In this document: positions 51,610 through 64,000 of the stretch, in pieces
How positions within the stretch are numbered: the stretch's first letter is position 1
Layout: every line of letters begins with the position of its first letter
Assembly: GCA_951406725.2 (NCBI GenBank)
Contig: OX597818.1
Coordinates: 27,032,001 to 27,096,000 of the forward strand
Reading direction: 5' to 3'
DNA: 64,000 nt
Source: Octopus vulgaris
Taxonomy: Eukaryota
Translations under genes and position numbers: made by a program
The notes under the pieces: generated by a model
The model's database searches: none
Told to the model about the DNA's origin: nothing
Seen by the model: the letters and a program-made list of their open reading frames with translations, nothing else

Positions 51610-52553
51610 CAGGGGTTGGACAAAATAATGGTGGCCAGATAAGATATTCAACTTCACTAGATTGTTCCTCATGCTATTCAGTAACAACTTTAGCTGTGTG
51701 AATTGGTGCATTATCATCCTGAAAGATTCTGTTTACCTCCGGAAACAATTCCGCAATCATAGGATAAATTTGATCAGGTAAAATGCCTAAATAGTCTTGA
51801 CAATTAATTCTACCATGAAAGGAAACCATTGGGCTGGTTGATTTCCAAGATATAACCCCCTAACTCATCACAGATTCTCCTCCATGTTTAACAGTTGGAA
51901 GAAGGCAGTCTGGGTCATATGCTTCTTTTGGCTGTCTCCACACATACACTCGGTCGGTGGTCAGAAATAAGGTAAAAGATGACTCATCTGATAAAATGAC
52001 ATTCTTCCACTGCACTAGGGACCAAGTGGTTTTCTGATTGCAGCCCTCCCATGAAACCTGGCTTTGTGCAGCTCCTGGCAAACAATTTTTGTGGAAACTG
52101 GGTTCTCAAGGTGATAATTTTGGGAGCTGTACTTTTGTGATCCTTTCTAAAAATTTGCAAAAGAGTCCAATGGTCCCCATCTAAAAGTTTTGGTTTTCTT
52201 CTGGAGTTTTGTTTCAATGAGGAGGTTTTTCCTTCTTTCTCAAAGGCTGTCATTACTTTCAAGACAGTACTTCTTGATACACCAAACATTTTGGCTGTTT
52301 CCGTTATGCTAGCACCTGCCATATGAGCACCAACAATTTGACCTCTGAAAATCCGATAGATCTGTCATTTTAATGAATTTTTATTACCTTTTTCTGATGA
52401 TATCTGAAAAGAAACAACAATTTTAGCAAAACATATTAAGCAACACTAATAATAAATCAAAAGACATAAAAATAAACAAGCTTTTGATGGTTTTATAGAT
52501 ATTTCAAAATTATGATGCTATGATGGTGTTTCCATTGTTTTGTACAACCCCTG
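51610..52553 (-). mobile_element. Internally deleted Tc1-like transposon
   Basis: TIRs CAGGGGTTG(G/T)ACAAAA(T/C)AATGG with TA flanks. HTH, VILSDESSF, PTVKHGG and QDDNAPIH; truncated after IWP. Confidence 0.92.
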
Positions 52554-53365
52554 TATACACACACACACACCACACACACACTTGTTTGTCATCATCATCA
52601 TCACATTTATCCTCCATTTTCCATGCTGGCATGGGTTGAATAGTTTAACAGGGAACGAGTGAGCTGCAGGACTATGTTGAGCTCCAGTGTTATCTTTGGC
52701 ATGGTATCTATGGTTGGATGCCTTCCTAATGCCAACTACTTTACAACTGCTTTTTTTTTGTGCCAGTGACACAAGTGAGGGTGCCATGTAACTTGCAAGA
52801 TAGAAAAGAAGAAAGGAAAAGGCTTCCACTACTGAAAGGATGTATTTGGGAAGTGAAGGTGAAGATGGGTAGCTGCCAGTTATTGAAAGGCTAAATTAAG
52901 ATAGAGTGACAAGCATAGATATCTTTCTATAGAGGAGATACATAGCTGAAGGAGATAAAAGGAAGGTAGTGATGGAGTGCAAACAAGAAAGTGAGCATAA
53001 GTGAGGGCACAAACAGTGGGTCACAGGCAAGAATGAGAGAGTGGTTACTTTCATAAGAGTGTGAAGGTGGGAGTAAACAGCTGAAGGTAGAGGTTAATGT
53101 AGTGAGTGATGAACTAGGAGTGGGTTCAAATGGGAAATACCAGTATGTAGAGGGGAAAGGTAGAAGAAATAGGAGTGGCCCAGGAAGGAGATAGAATTGA
53201 AAGTAATGAGATGATGTGCCAGGTGTAGGAGCAGTAGAGAGGAAGATAGAAGGATACATAAGGGGCTTATAGTAGGTGGGTCGTGATGGTAGATATAGGA
53301 GGGCACAGAAAATGATAGCAGATAAGAGAGGGGGTTTAGAATGGAGTACAGTAAAGAGAAGAGAG

Positions 53366-53407
<42 letters not shown>

Positions 53408-53513
53408 TGAAGGCACAGAAAGAGGTGATTAGTTGAAATAGTGTGGACAGGAACGGAAGTAGTTCCAGTGGGGGAGATAGTAGTGAATATCAACACCATA
53501 CTGATGAATAAAT

Positions 53514-53765
53514 TTTGGGTTGGTGCATAGATATTGTGGCTTTTTTTCAACAAATTTTATTCAACAAAAACGATAACAACATTTAACAAAAGCATCTTTA
53601 AATGACAGTCTGACCGGCTGTCAAGCAAATGGGAAACAGTAAATGAATTAGATGGTGAATATGCTCCGGAATAATCATTTAAAGATGTTTTTGGTACATG
53701 CTATTGTTTTTATTGAATAAAATTTGTTGGAAAAAAAACCGCACTAATTATGCACCAACACAATA
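53514..53765. mobile_element. Mariner-derived fold-back MITE
   Basis: ~90-bp inverted arms (ttgggttggtgcata / tatgcaccaacacaa). The centre encodes DRLSSKWETVNELDGEYAPE*, a mariner C-terminus. Confidence 0.85.
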
Positions 53766-53955
53766 CTTTCTTTATTTGTAGATTTTCTACATTATCTTAG
53801 GTTTCATACTTTGTAATTATCAATTTTCAAATGCTCCACTTAAAAGTGGTGGTAGCATCACTTTCATTGGGATTTGAATCTAAAATGGAGATGGTGTTAC
53901 CAGCATTTTTCTATGGAGAATTTGAAAATTGTTAATTACAAAGCATGAGTGAAAC

Positions 53956-54023
<68 letters not shown>

Positions 54024-54224
54024 TATAGATGGTCTTGGTTGTTGTGAGCAACAAAGGGCTATGTCAATCCACCTCACTTTTTGCTGCAAGGTTTTAGGGT
54101 CAGTGCAGCAGCTTACATTGAGACAACCCCTGGATTGAGAGAGTTGCTCAGAGTAGGCCATATATGTTTCAGTAACATTCTGCTTTCTCTCACCAAGCCT
54201 GTACAACTTAGGAGTGGACAAGCA

Positions 54225-54600
54225 AAACTTTTCAGATCATGTTACCCCTGATATTTAGCTTTCTAGCTCTCTTGATTAATCCTCACTGAACTACTACATC
54301 TGGGGTATCATTGAAAAGGAACCCAACAAACATGCCAACAATACCAAGGACTTGATATCTGCTACTGGAAATGTTAAAGCCAGCATGAATAAATATTACC
54401 TGCTGTCAACCCAATTAATCATTAAAGAAGCCATGTCAAGGCAGTCACTGAAGCTGATGGCAGTCCTACTGATTAGCCTTTTGCTATGTGTACATAAGGA
54501 TATGTGTAACAAATTGTATAAAACATATATTGATTTTTCTAATAAATATTTTTGTTTCCCTTAAATTAAAATTTAGTTCACAAATCACTGACACACCCTG
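54225..54600 (+). mobile_element. maT-like transposon 3' fragment
   Basis: LNYYIWGIIEKEPNKH..NTKD, ending acaccctg|TA. Confidence 0.6.
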
Positions 54601-54602
54601 TA

Positions 54603-54649
<47 letters not shown>

Positions 54650-54651
<2 letters not shown>

Positions 54652-55067
54652 GCTCGCTCAAGCTGTGAAACATGGGCTACAACAAAGAGAGAAAAGCAGA
54701 GACTGGTAACGGCTCAAAGAGCCATGGAAAGGTCAATGCTTGGTATCTCGTGGAGAGAGCACATCAGTAGCGAGATCATCAGAAAGAAGTCCGGCGTGAG
54801 AGATGTCATCGCAGTGTATACAAGCAGCAAGTTTAGATGGGCTGGACACGTTGCCCAGCTCACCGATAATCGGTGGACTCACGCAGTTGTCAAGTGGTAC
54901 CTGCACGAGTGAAAATGACCACCTGGAAGGCCTCCGCGATGGTGGAGTTACGATTTCAGGAGGATGATTGGGATCACGTGGATGAGAAAGGTGCGATCCA
55001 GAGAGGAGTGGACAGTGTGCTGTGACCAGCGGTGTCAAATGGACGCCTGACGGACTGGTCAGTCAAA

Positions 55068-55071
<4 letters not shown>
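54650..55071 (+). mobile_element. RTE-1-like LINE 3' fragment inserted in (TA)n
   Basis: CETWATTK...QRAMERSMLG...KFRWAGHVA...RWT...GRPP.WW. Confidence 0.9.
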
Positions 55072-55123
<52 letters not shown>

Positions 55124-55126
<3 letters not shown>

Positions 55127-55341
55127 GGTTGCCCAAAAGTCACCTGACAGTAAACCAAAACCATTTTAATTCCAAGATTAATGAATGAATTTAATAAAAG
55201 CATCTAAATATGAAACATCATGAAAATTGTTGAAACTGAAGTCCTTCTTGAGTGACACATTTTCCATTCGAGCCAATACAGAATTACAGATAGTGTTTAT
55301 GGAATTTTGATTTATTGTCGGGTGACTTTTGGCCAACCCTG
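55124..55341. mobile_element. Tc1/mariner-type MITE
   Basis: TIRs CAGGGTTG(C/G)CCAAAAGTCACC(T/C)GACA with TA flanks. Confidence 0.9.
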
Positions 55342-55466
55342 TATATATATATATATATCTATTTACCTACTCTCTCTTTTCACTGAGTGTCAAGCTAATA
55401 CATTTCTTGTGCACATCCTCTTGTTGTCCACTAATTTTACTCATTTATTTAAATTGATTGTTTATT

Positions 55467-55561
<95 letters not shown>

Positions 55562-56284
55562 CAATGCAATCAAACCACCAACTCCTTAATAACAACAACA
55601 ATAGCAACAATAGTATGAACAAGGTAAGTAACCCTCTCTGAAATTTAAAAAAAAGCAATTAAATGAGATTGTATAGTTCTCTAGCATCTAGTGTTGAGTG
55701 AAATGCCTCTGATTTCAGGTCAATGGTTTGAAACTAAACATCAATAACAACACAATTAACAAGATCACTTCAACCACTATCAACACCAGTGATACTCCAA
55801 CCATCACCATCAGAATACCAAAACCAATGAAATATCACTACCAATATTTGAATAGTCAACCAGCTACAAAAACAGTATCAGCATAATAGCAATGTCTGTA
55901 GCTACATATGTTGTATATCAACACAACATTGTGTGTGTATGCATTTTTGTGAGAGAGTTGAGTGTAGAAATTTTATTAATCAAGTCAGAGGTGCAAGTGG
56001 AGAGTGCTCATGAAACTGGTGACCCTTTAACAAACTGTAATCGTATAGCACTTCCTCCCATGTGATTCTTCCACTTTTTTATTTTCTCATTTCCATTCTT
56101 ACACCAAGACAACAGTTTTTGATTTCACAAAACAATTCTTTGCTGTTGCGCTACTTTTTTTATGCATATTTGTTGTGGATGATTATTGATTGCTACTACT
56201 ATAATTACATAATATAAATAAATTATAGGATTAATCTATAATTCAAGATATCTGGAAAAAGCCACCAATTGGAACTGAAGTAAG

Positions 56285-57960
56285 TAGTTTGAAAAGGAAC
56301 TATAAAAAGATTACACTGGATATCAAACTTGATGTTTTAAAAAGCTTCATGTGAGAGAAAAAGATGAACTACTTTACCAAAATATTAAGTTTCACAATGT
56401 CTACAATAAAAACAATACATGTCAATAGAGATAAATTTAAGTCAAGTGCTGAAGAAGTTTTTTCATTAACTGCTTAGACATTATCTTTTAATTGATCTAA
56501 TGTGATGCTTAATATGGGATGGCTCTTAGAGGTGTATGAATTGAGTATCAAACTCAAAGCATTGTGCTGATGAGAATAATGGTTATTAAAAAAAGCCGAA
56601 AGTTTGTACAACAATTTGCCAGAAAAGGAACATGAAACTTCTAATTGAAAACTTTTCCTGGCTGGTTTGAAAGGCTTAAGAATAGATTGAATGTGCATTA
56701 TATAAAAATAATTGAAGCTGTCTATGCTGATGCAAAGATTGCTACTAATTATCATTGATGAAACTCCATTTTTTTAGAACTCAGCCCACTAGAAATTTTA
56801 TTTCTTGTGAAGAAAATTCAAAACTGGGATATAAACTTCAAAAAATCCTCTGACACTTCTCGAAGGAAATGATGCTGATGATATGAAATTAAAACTCCCT
56901 AGTTGCATATCACTCTGAAAATCCAAATGCTTTTGAGGGCTGCACAAAGTTTACCTCTGAATCTGAGGTCTAAATAAGAAGGCCTGAATGACTTAGAGCT
57001 TTTTCTAAGAGTGGTTTACAGATACTTTTAGTATGGTTGTAGAAAGGTACAGTGCCAGATATAATATTTCCAACAAAACATTGATCCTTTTAGACAATGC
57101 ACCAAACCACTCAGTTAACTTCATTGTACTTTCTGATTATGTAAGAATAGAATATATCTTGAAGAATACAACTTCTTTGCTTCAGCCAATTGATCTAGGA
57201 GTGACAACTAACTTCAGAGTATATTATCTGAGAAGAACTTTCAAACAACTTCTGAAAAAAATTGACAAGGATGCGGTAGATAACACAGCTGAGTCATGGG
57301 ATGAAGTATAAGCTTCAATTTTGAGTGGTTCTTGGAAAAATTATATAGTCTGACGATATCCATGATTTTCCAGGTTTTCCACATTAGAATGTCTACATCG
57401 AATTCAGAAAGATATTGTGACACTTGCAAATGATATAGGGTTTAAAGAAGTCATAGGGGATGATGTGACCAAGTTACTAGTATTCCATAGAAACAGATTA
57501 TTTAAGGGGTCACTGATGCTGTCAGAGAAAGATGAGAATACAGATAAGAATATGGAAATGCCACCAACTCTATTAAACTGCCTTCAATGAATTTTGCTAA
57601 AGGGTTTGCACTTATGATGTAGGGTTTAAAGAAGTCATAGAGAATCATGTGGTCAAGTTACTAGTGTTCCATGGAAACATATTATCTAAGGAGATACTGA
57701 TGCTGTTAGAATAAAGAGAAAGATGAAAATACAGATGAGAATATATAAATTCCACCAAATCTATTAAATTGACTGCAATAAATTTTACCAACAGGTTTGC
57801 ACTTATTATAGAAGGTCTACAAGTTTTTGTTGATAACAACTCTAATCATGAATGTAATATAAAAATTACAAGATGAGTTTACAATGAGTTCAGTTTGTAT
57901 GCTGGGCTATGCAAAAGGATGATGCTACATAAGTATCAGATAATTTTGAATTAGCTCTTT
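56285..57960 (+). mobile_element. Decayed pogo/Tigger (CENP-B-like) transposase
   Basis: KRNYKKITLDIKLDVLK (psq-type HTH), LILLDNAPNH and NTTSLLQPIDLGV..NFRVYY. Confidence 0.85.
57431..57806 (+). repeat. ~185-bp diverged tandem duplication within the Tigger remnant
   Basis: agggtttaaagaagtcatag...ggtttgcacttat occurs twice. Confidence 0.85.
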
Positions 57961-58389
57961 GCCCTCATACAGATGTTGATGATGAAATATAAGAGAGAAG
58001 ATAGTGTCTCTCATCTTTTTAGTAACTCTCATTCCATCACACAGTAGTTAACATCTTTTGTGATAAAAATGTACCCTATTATGATATTACAATTTTTATT
58101 TATTCCCCAATGTATATATCTTCAAATGTTTTTATGTATACATATTGAAATGAATATACTTTAAAATTGTTATTTTCATGCATAAAAGTGGTTGTGTTGT
58201 TTGTTTTTATGTCATTATTTTTCTTGCAAATATTTGTCAGAATATATTATCACTTTATAACATGAAAATCAAAGGGAAAATTAATTTTACATTATGGGAT
58301 TTTGTGTTACATCAAGTTACTCAAGAATACATTACTCCTGCAGTGCAGAGGGTTCCTCTGTGTGTGTGTGTGTGTATACACACACAAGT

Positions 58390-59541
58390 GCTGTTGCCAT
58401 GCAAAAGTATCCAATACACACTGTCAAGTGGATGGCATTAGGAAGGGTACCCAACCATAAAAATCTTGTCAAAGCAGACAGTGGAGTATGATGCAGTTCT
58501 TGGGTCCATGAGATCCTGTCAAACCAATCAATACATGCCAGCATTGAACATGGAAGTCAAATGATGATGATGATGATGATGGTGGTGGTGTACATATGTA
58601 TGTGTGTATATGTATGTTGTGTGTGTATGTGTATGTGTGTGCCGGAGGCACATAAAAAAGCACTCGAGTGAGGTAGTTGCCAGTGCTGCTGGACTGGCTC
58701 CTGTGCAGGTGGCACGTAAAAAACACCATTTGAGCATGGCCGTTGCCAGTACTGCCTGACTGGCACGTAAATGCACCCACTACATTCTCGGAGTGGTTAG
58801 CATCCAGCTGTAGAAACTCTGCCAGATTAGACTGGAGCCTGGTGCAGCCATCTGGTTCACCAGTCCTCAGTCAAATCGTCCAACTCATGCTAGCATGGAA
58901 AGCAGATGTTAAACAACGACGATGATGATGATGATAATGATGATGATGATGATGGTGATGATAATAATGATGATGATGATTTATATGAATGTGTATACTA
59001 TGTATGAGTATGTATGTGTTTGCATGTGTTTTGTATGGCTGTTTTTGTGTGTATGTATAAACTTTCTTCTTCCCTTTTATTAAATCTTTATTTATTTTCA
59101 TATATTTATTTATCTATTCATTTACTAAACTACTTAATGAGGAAACTATTTGAAAAAGTTTACAGTCTTCATGTGAACCTCCAATTTTACTTGTTTCTCA
59201 AACAATCTAATGATAATTATAAATCAGTCTACAAAAAAAACTAACTCTAAGATTCTGAAGCATTTTGATTAGAGCTATGCATGAAATACTTGGTCCTTGA
59301 GTTACTTTGTAACTTCTGCCCATTAAATATAGAAAAACATACCTGTGCAGGTGGCACATAAAAAGCACCCACTACACTCACGGAGTGGTTGGCGTTAGGA
59401 AGGGCATCCAGCCGTAGAAACACTGCCAAATCTGACTGGGCCTGATGAAGCCTTCCGGCTTCACAGACCCCAGTTAAACCGTCCAACCCATGCTAGCATG
59501 GAAAACGGACGCTAAATGATGATGACGATGATGATGATGAT
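58390..59541 (+). mobile_element. Cluster of three family C (RTE 3' UTR) copies with (GAT)n tails
   Basis: Copies at ~58390-58580, 58640-58980 and 59341-59541. Confidence 0.85.
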
Positions 59542-59594
59542 TTATACTCATGTTTTCCATTCTATCTACAGGTATTACTAAACATGTGTGTGTG

Positions 59595-59659
<65 letters not shown>

Positions 59660-60690
59660 TATATAAATGAGAATGTATGTGAGTATGTATATGAGTATAT
59701 CATGAAAAGGCTGTGAAATGATGCATCCTCGTGAGAAACAGATTTGATTTTTGAAATCTGCATCCCAACAAGATTTTTGATTATAATTAATCGAAAAATA
59801 TAATTTGCTATGAGAAATAACTCAACTTTTAGATTGACAAATCTACGACTCTCTATCACTCCCCATCAGGCTCTCTCAAATTTACACCTTCCCTTCTCTT
59901 CATATATTTACCACACTCTTTATCACACACACTCTCTCTCTTTCTGTATATGTATATTTCTCATACATGCTATTCCCCACTCTCTCGACATGCTTTCATT
60001 TTGTGAGAGACTGCTATCACACAGAAAATGCTAGCTTCCAAATCCTGTTTTCTGATTGGGTGAAAATGATCAAACCTCAAACTTTAAACCTCTTTCTAAA
60101 ATTTTTCTGAAATAAATGGATTCCAAAATTGAATTCAGTGTGAGAAGGTACAACAATATACTAAATTTGAAAATTTTCACTTCATTTTAAAATTTCAAAA
60201 TCTGTGACAGCAACAGATAAGATCTCTCATTTATGCTTTTCTCATTGTAAACCTCCCCTCTCTCTATATATATTTATCCCACTCTCACTTTTCTCTGTAT
60301 ACGTATATCACTCACCCTGAGTGTGTGTATGTGTTTGTGTCTGAGTATGTGTATGCATGTGTGTAAGGAATTTCATTAGGGCAATAGAGTTAAAAGACCA
60401 TCACAAAACATCAGCAGTGAGCTAAGAAAATTTTTTACATCTATGACAGTTTATTGATACATTATAAATTGCCCCAAATAATGCAGAAAATTGTCCTGAC
60501 GAAGAGGCCTATCCATTGGAGAATGCATTATTTGACATAAAATTTAAAAAATTGAAATAACGACATACTCTTGCAAAAATTGCCTAGCAACAACGGGATA
60601 ATCGGCTAGTACGTATACACACGCACACACACACATGCATATATATATATATACATTTATATATATATATATATAATATATATATATATA

Positions 60691-61100
60691 TAGGCGCAGG
60701 AGTGGCTGTGTGGTAAGTAGCTTGCTGACCAACCACATGGTTCCGGGTTCAGTCCCACTGCGTGGCATCTTGGGCAAGTGTCTTCTACTATAGCCTCGGG
60801 CCGACCAATGCCTTGTGAGTGGATTTGGTAGACGGAAACTGAAAGAAGCCTGTCGTATATATGTATATATATATATGTGTGTGTGTTTGTGTGTCTGTGT
60901 TTGTCCCTCTAACATTGCTTGACAACCGATGCTGGTGTGTTTACGTCCCCGTCACTTAGCGGTTCAGCAAAAAGAGACTGATAGAATAAGTACTGGACTT
61001 ACAAAGAATAAGTCCCGGGGTTGATTTGCTCGACTAAAGGCGGTGCTCCAGCATGGCCGCAGTCAAATGACTGAAACAAGTAAAAGAGTAAAAGAGAGAG
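60691..61100 (+). mobile_element. SINE family A, complete reference copy
   Basis: tRNA-like head (tggctgtgtgg; gggttcagtccc), CORE-like cttgggcaagtgtctt, internal TA/TG run and LINE-like tail. Confidence 0.93.
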
Positions 61101-61108
61101 TATATATA

Positions 61109-61171
<63 letters not shown>

Positions 61172-62469
61172 TACACAAACTATGGAACCTGGTGCGACCC
61201 CTGACCTTACCAGTTCCTGTCAAACCGTTCAACCCATGACAGCATGAAAAACAGACGTTAAATGTTGATGATGGTGATGAGGATGATGATGATGATGATG
61301 AGATTTGAACCTGCAGCTTCCCCACACAAATCTTAAGAGTTGATTTGTAAATGAAATAAAAACCTACTTCACAAGAAAGTATTCCTTTCTTGAGTCAATG
61401 ACCAGATTCTATACTAAAGTAAATAATAAAAACAAGTTCCTGTTTGATTTTTTTGTTATTTTAAAAAATATTTTAGATCTTGTTACATGACATTAGATGC
61501 AATTATTGTGTCTGTTGCAAGTTTTTACCATTTTATAGAATTCTGTATAGTACAAGATAGTTAGAATTCCCTGGAACTCACTCTCCATCATGAGATAAAA
61601 ATGTATACATAATTATATATGTTTATTCATGAATTTATGTAAACATGTGTGTGTGTGTGTGTGTGTGAATGCATGTGTGTATGCATGTATACACACGGGT
61701 GTGTGCATGTGTGTGGTGAAGGCTTTCTATAATGCAGAAAAGATGTAAAAGAAGTAGCTAAGGTTAAGCCTAGAGTATGAAGGAGGCTTTCCAAAGATAA
61801 GATAATACACAAATTAGTCACGTTACACAATGATTTACTACAGAATCTTTACATGTCTCCATGAGTCTGTCTTGTTTTGAAAACTGATCTTAAGTTGGTG
61901 GTCTGTTGAGTTAAAATTTAACTCCATTTTCAGTAGTTTAAGCAGAAAACATATATTTCCCCCTTGAATAGAATCTCAGTTTATTGCAAATAGCTGCTCT
62001 AGCCTGGAGGATTTTTAACAAACAACCACTGTTAGCCAATTAATCATTTGTCAATTTTACAGTTTAGCTACTGTTTAACATGGTAAATTATACCACACTC
62101 TAGTACCTACTTATAGGACTGGGCTGTTAGGAATTCAGTCTCTTCATAATTTTCACTGTACTATAATAAGGTACTAGATAACTAATCTCTGAATTGGTTG
62201 TCCAGTACCCTGTTGATATGACCATCCATATCCTCATCCTAATGCTTTAGTAAAAGGCAGTAACAACTGCTAATCTCATTTACTCCTTTTCTGTGGTCTC
62301 CCATTGATGAATATTCCTCATTACAAAATGATATGTAGAATAAACAGGCATTTTATGTTTTGATTGAGGGATAATTATGTATTATCACTTACATAACTAA
62401 CACAAATTATCAAACGGCTGTCACAAAAATGGAACAGACATCTATTCTTTCACCTCATTTATCTGATCA

Positions 62470-62470
<1 letters not shown>

Positions 62471-62500
<30 letters not shown>

Positions 62501-62612
62501 CATACATACATACATACATACATACATACATACATACATACATACATACATACATACATACATACATACATACATACATACATACATACATACAAACATA
62601 CATACATACATA
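62471..62612. repeat. (TACA)n microsatellite
   Basis: Direct inspection. Confidence 0.97.
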
Positions 62613-62619
62613 ACATGTA

Positions 62620-62741
62620 TATGGCCTGCTTGCTTAGCCAGCGGGGTGGCGTCATTTGAAGGCTAAAACAATACGAAGCGCATTGTGACCAGCGATGTGT
62701 AGCAACATCTGATAGCCTGGTCGGTGACGGTGACGGTGATA
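62620..62741 (+). mobile_element. SINE 3' fragment with RTE-1-like tail
   Basis: tgtgaccagcgatgt...ctgatagcctggtcgg resembles tgtgaccagcggtgt...ctgacggactggtcag at 55021. Confidence 0.6.
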
Positions 62742-62777
62742 AATATATATGGCTCGAAGCAGTTTTATTCAAATTTG

Positions 62778-62818
62778 TCAGTACTCCAAGTTTCAAGCAT
62801 GATGCTAGTCTTCAGCCA
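62778..62818 (-). ncRNA. Degenerate HHR motif followed by AATAAA (PLE terminal-repeat-like)
   Basis: tgg-CTGAAGA-ct-AGCA-tca-TGCT-t-GAAA-CTTGGAG-TA-ctg. Confidence 0.5.
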
Positions 62819-63362
62819 TTTTGAATTTGAATGACAGAAGTTGATTGTTATTACCATAAAGTGGGTTGCGATTGGTCGAGGAAGTTCACATAGTGTTTGA
62901 TGTTGTTGGCATATTGGTATATCAGCAACAACAGTTAGTTGGAAAATACTGCGTGGTGAACAGGAAATCAACTGCATAGTGGACAGAAAATTGGTTGGGT
63001 TGTTGGAGAGGAAGTAGGAAGGGGCAGTGTGTACAAGTATATAGTTGTATATGTGGGTGTGTGGATGTGCTCATATGATTTTGTGTGCAAGTCTGTATTG
63101 ATGCAAGCATGTGCATCTGTACATGAGCATGCATGCACCACCCCACACACACATGAGCAGACATGCATGCACACACACACATACATGCACATAGATACAC
63201 ATGTATATTCGCATGCACATGCATGAGTATACATGAGTATATATAGTGTACTGTTCTGTGATAGTAAGATCTATATATAAATATATATATATATACACAC
63301 ACACACACATATGTATATACATACATACACACACACATACATATGTATATTTACAGACATAC

Positions 63363-63414
<52 letters not shown>

Positions 63415-63419
63415 CTCTT

Positions 63420-64000
63420 TCAAAGATGTCAACCCCTTCTTAACCTGCTTCCTCCATCTGTGGCTATGACAGGCATTGCTCTCCCAGTTGGTCTTCTGCG
63501 TATATCACAGGTCTTTAATGAGGACTTGACACAGTCATTAAATTACAGCCTTGGTTTCTGCCAGAGTCTCTTTCCACTAGCAAGTTCCCCGAATGGCATC
63601 TGTTTAGGAAATCTGCTATCCTACATTGTAATAAGATATCCAGCCCAACATAACCGGTGCTTGTGCACCACCACCTCAATACTCAAGACATCAGCTTTCC
63701 TCAGGACCTGTATGACTGGAGTTTTTAAGGTTCAGCCAATATTCAGAATGTCTCAGATATCTCTGATGAAAGTGTTCAATGACCTTACAAGGCCTGATCA
63801 GTAAGTATTCGGACTGTTGCCATAATAAAGAAGCTAAAGCATGCAGAGTGAAGCTGCTCAGCACAGATTGACCTTGACTTCCACTGTGCATACAAGTGAA
63901 GTTTTAACATTCTAGCTCACTTCCTTTGTTTACAGAAGTGCTTGGAAGTAACATGTGTAATGTGTGATCATCGCACTGACCATATAGAAAAAGCTGTCAT
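63420..64000 (-). mobile_element. RTE LINE C-terminal fragment
   Basis: EHFHQRYLR...LRKADVLSIE...RLCWAGY...SRFPKQMPFGEL..GKR. Confidence 0.85.

Noticed and set aside
52927-53553. 208-aa minus-strand ORF
   Set aside because: It is an L/S/P/F-rich product of a purine-rich low-complexity tract with (GA)n, has no domain, and overlaps a MITE end.
56285-57960. Possible domesticated CENP-B/TIGD gene
   Set aside because: Numerous stops and frameshifts indicate a dead transposon.
59442-59470. CTGATGA followed by the hairpin AAGCC-ttcc-GGCTT
   Set aside because: No GAAA follows, and other family C copies lack CTGATGA.
59700-60320. Loosely duplicated CT-rich blocks (59881 versus 60247)
   Set aside because: The similarity is low and largely low-complexity, so no element boundaries could be defined.
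60493-60540. gtc-CTGACGA...gac hammerhead-like start
   Set aside because: No stem II/GAAA can be formed; at most a deleted remnant.

Overview
AT-rich eukaryotic DNA, probably intronic or intergenic, and saturated with (TA)n, (CA)n, (TATG)n and (TAGA)n microsatellites. The SINE/LINE complement and microsatellite style suggest an Octopus (coleoid cephalopod) genome; this is inference from recalled repeat families, not a database result. No complete host gene is visible, and most ORFs in the track are microsatellite or repeat artefacts. Recognisable content is decayed transposons: three CR1-group LINE RT fragments, several RTE LINE fragments, several tRNA-derived SINE families, Tc1 (DD34E), maT (DD37D), mariner, pogo/Tigger, hAT-, piggyBac- and Tc1-type MITEs, Helitron Rep and PIF1 fragments, and two Penelope-like (PLE) GIY-YIG remnants. 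The most notable hidden layer is about nine loci with minimal hammerhead-ribozyme (HHR) architecture. One, at 20744-20793, has intact stems and a compensatory G3:C8 swap of the core pair. Also notable are a near-perfect ~255-bp inverted duplication bracketing an intron-containing Tc1, and several fold-back elements. Two weak candidate host exons lie on the minus strand. All coordinates were read by eye and may be off by a few bases.
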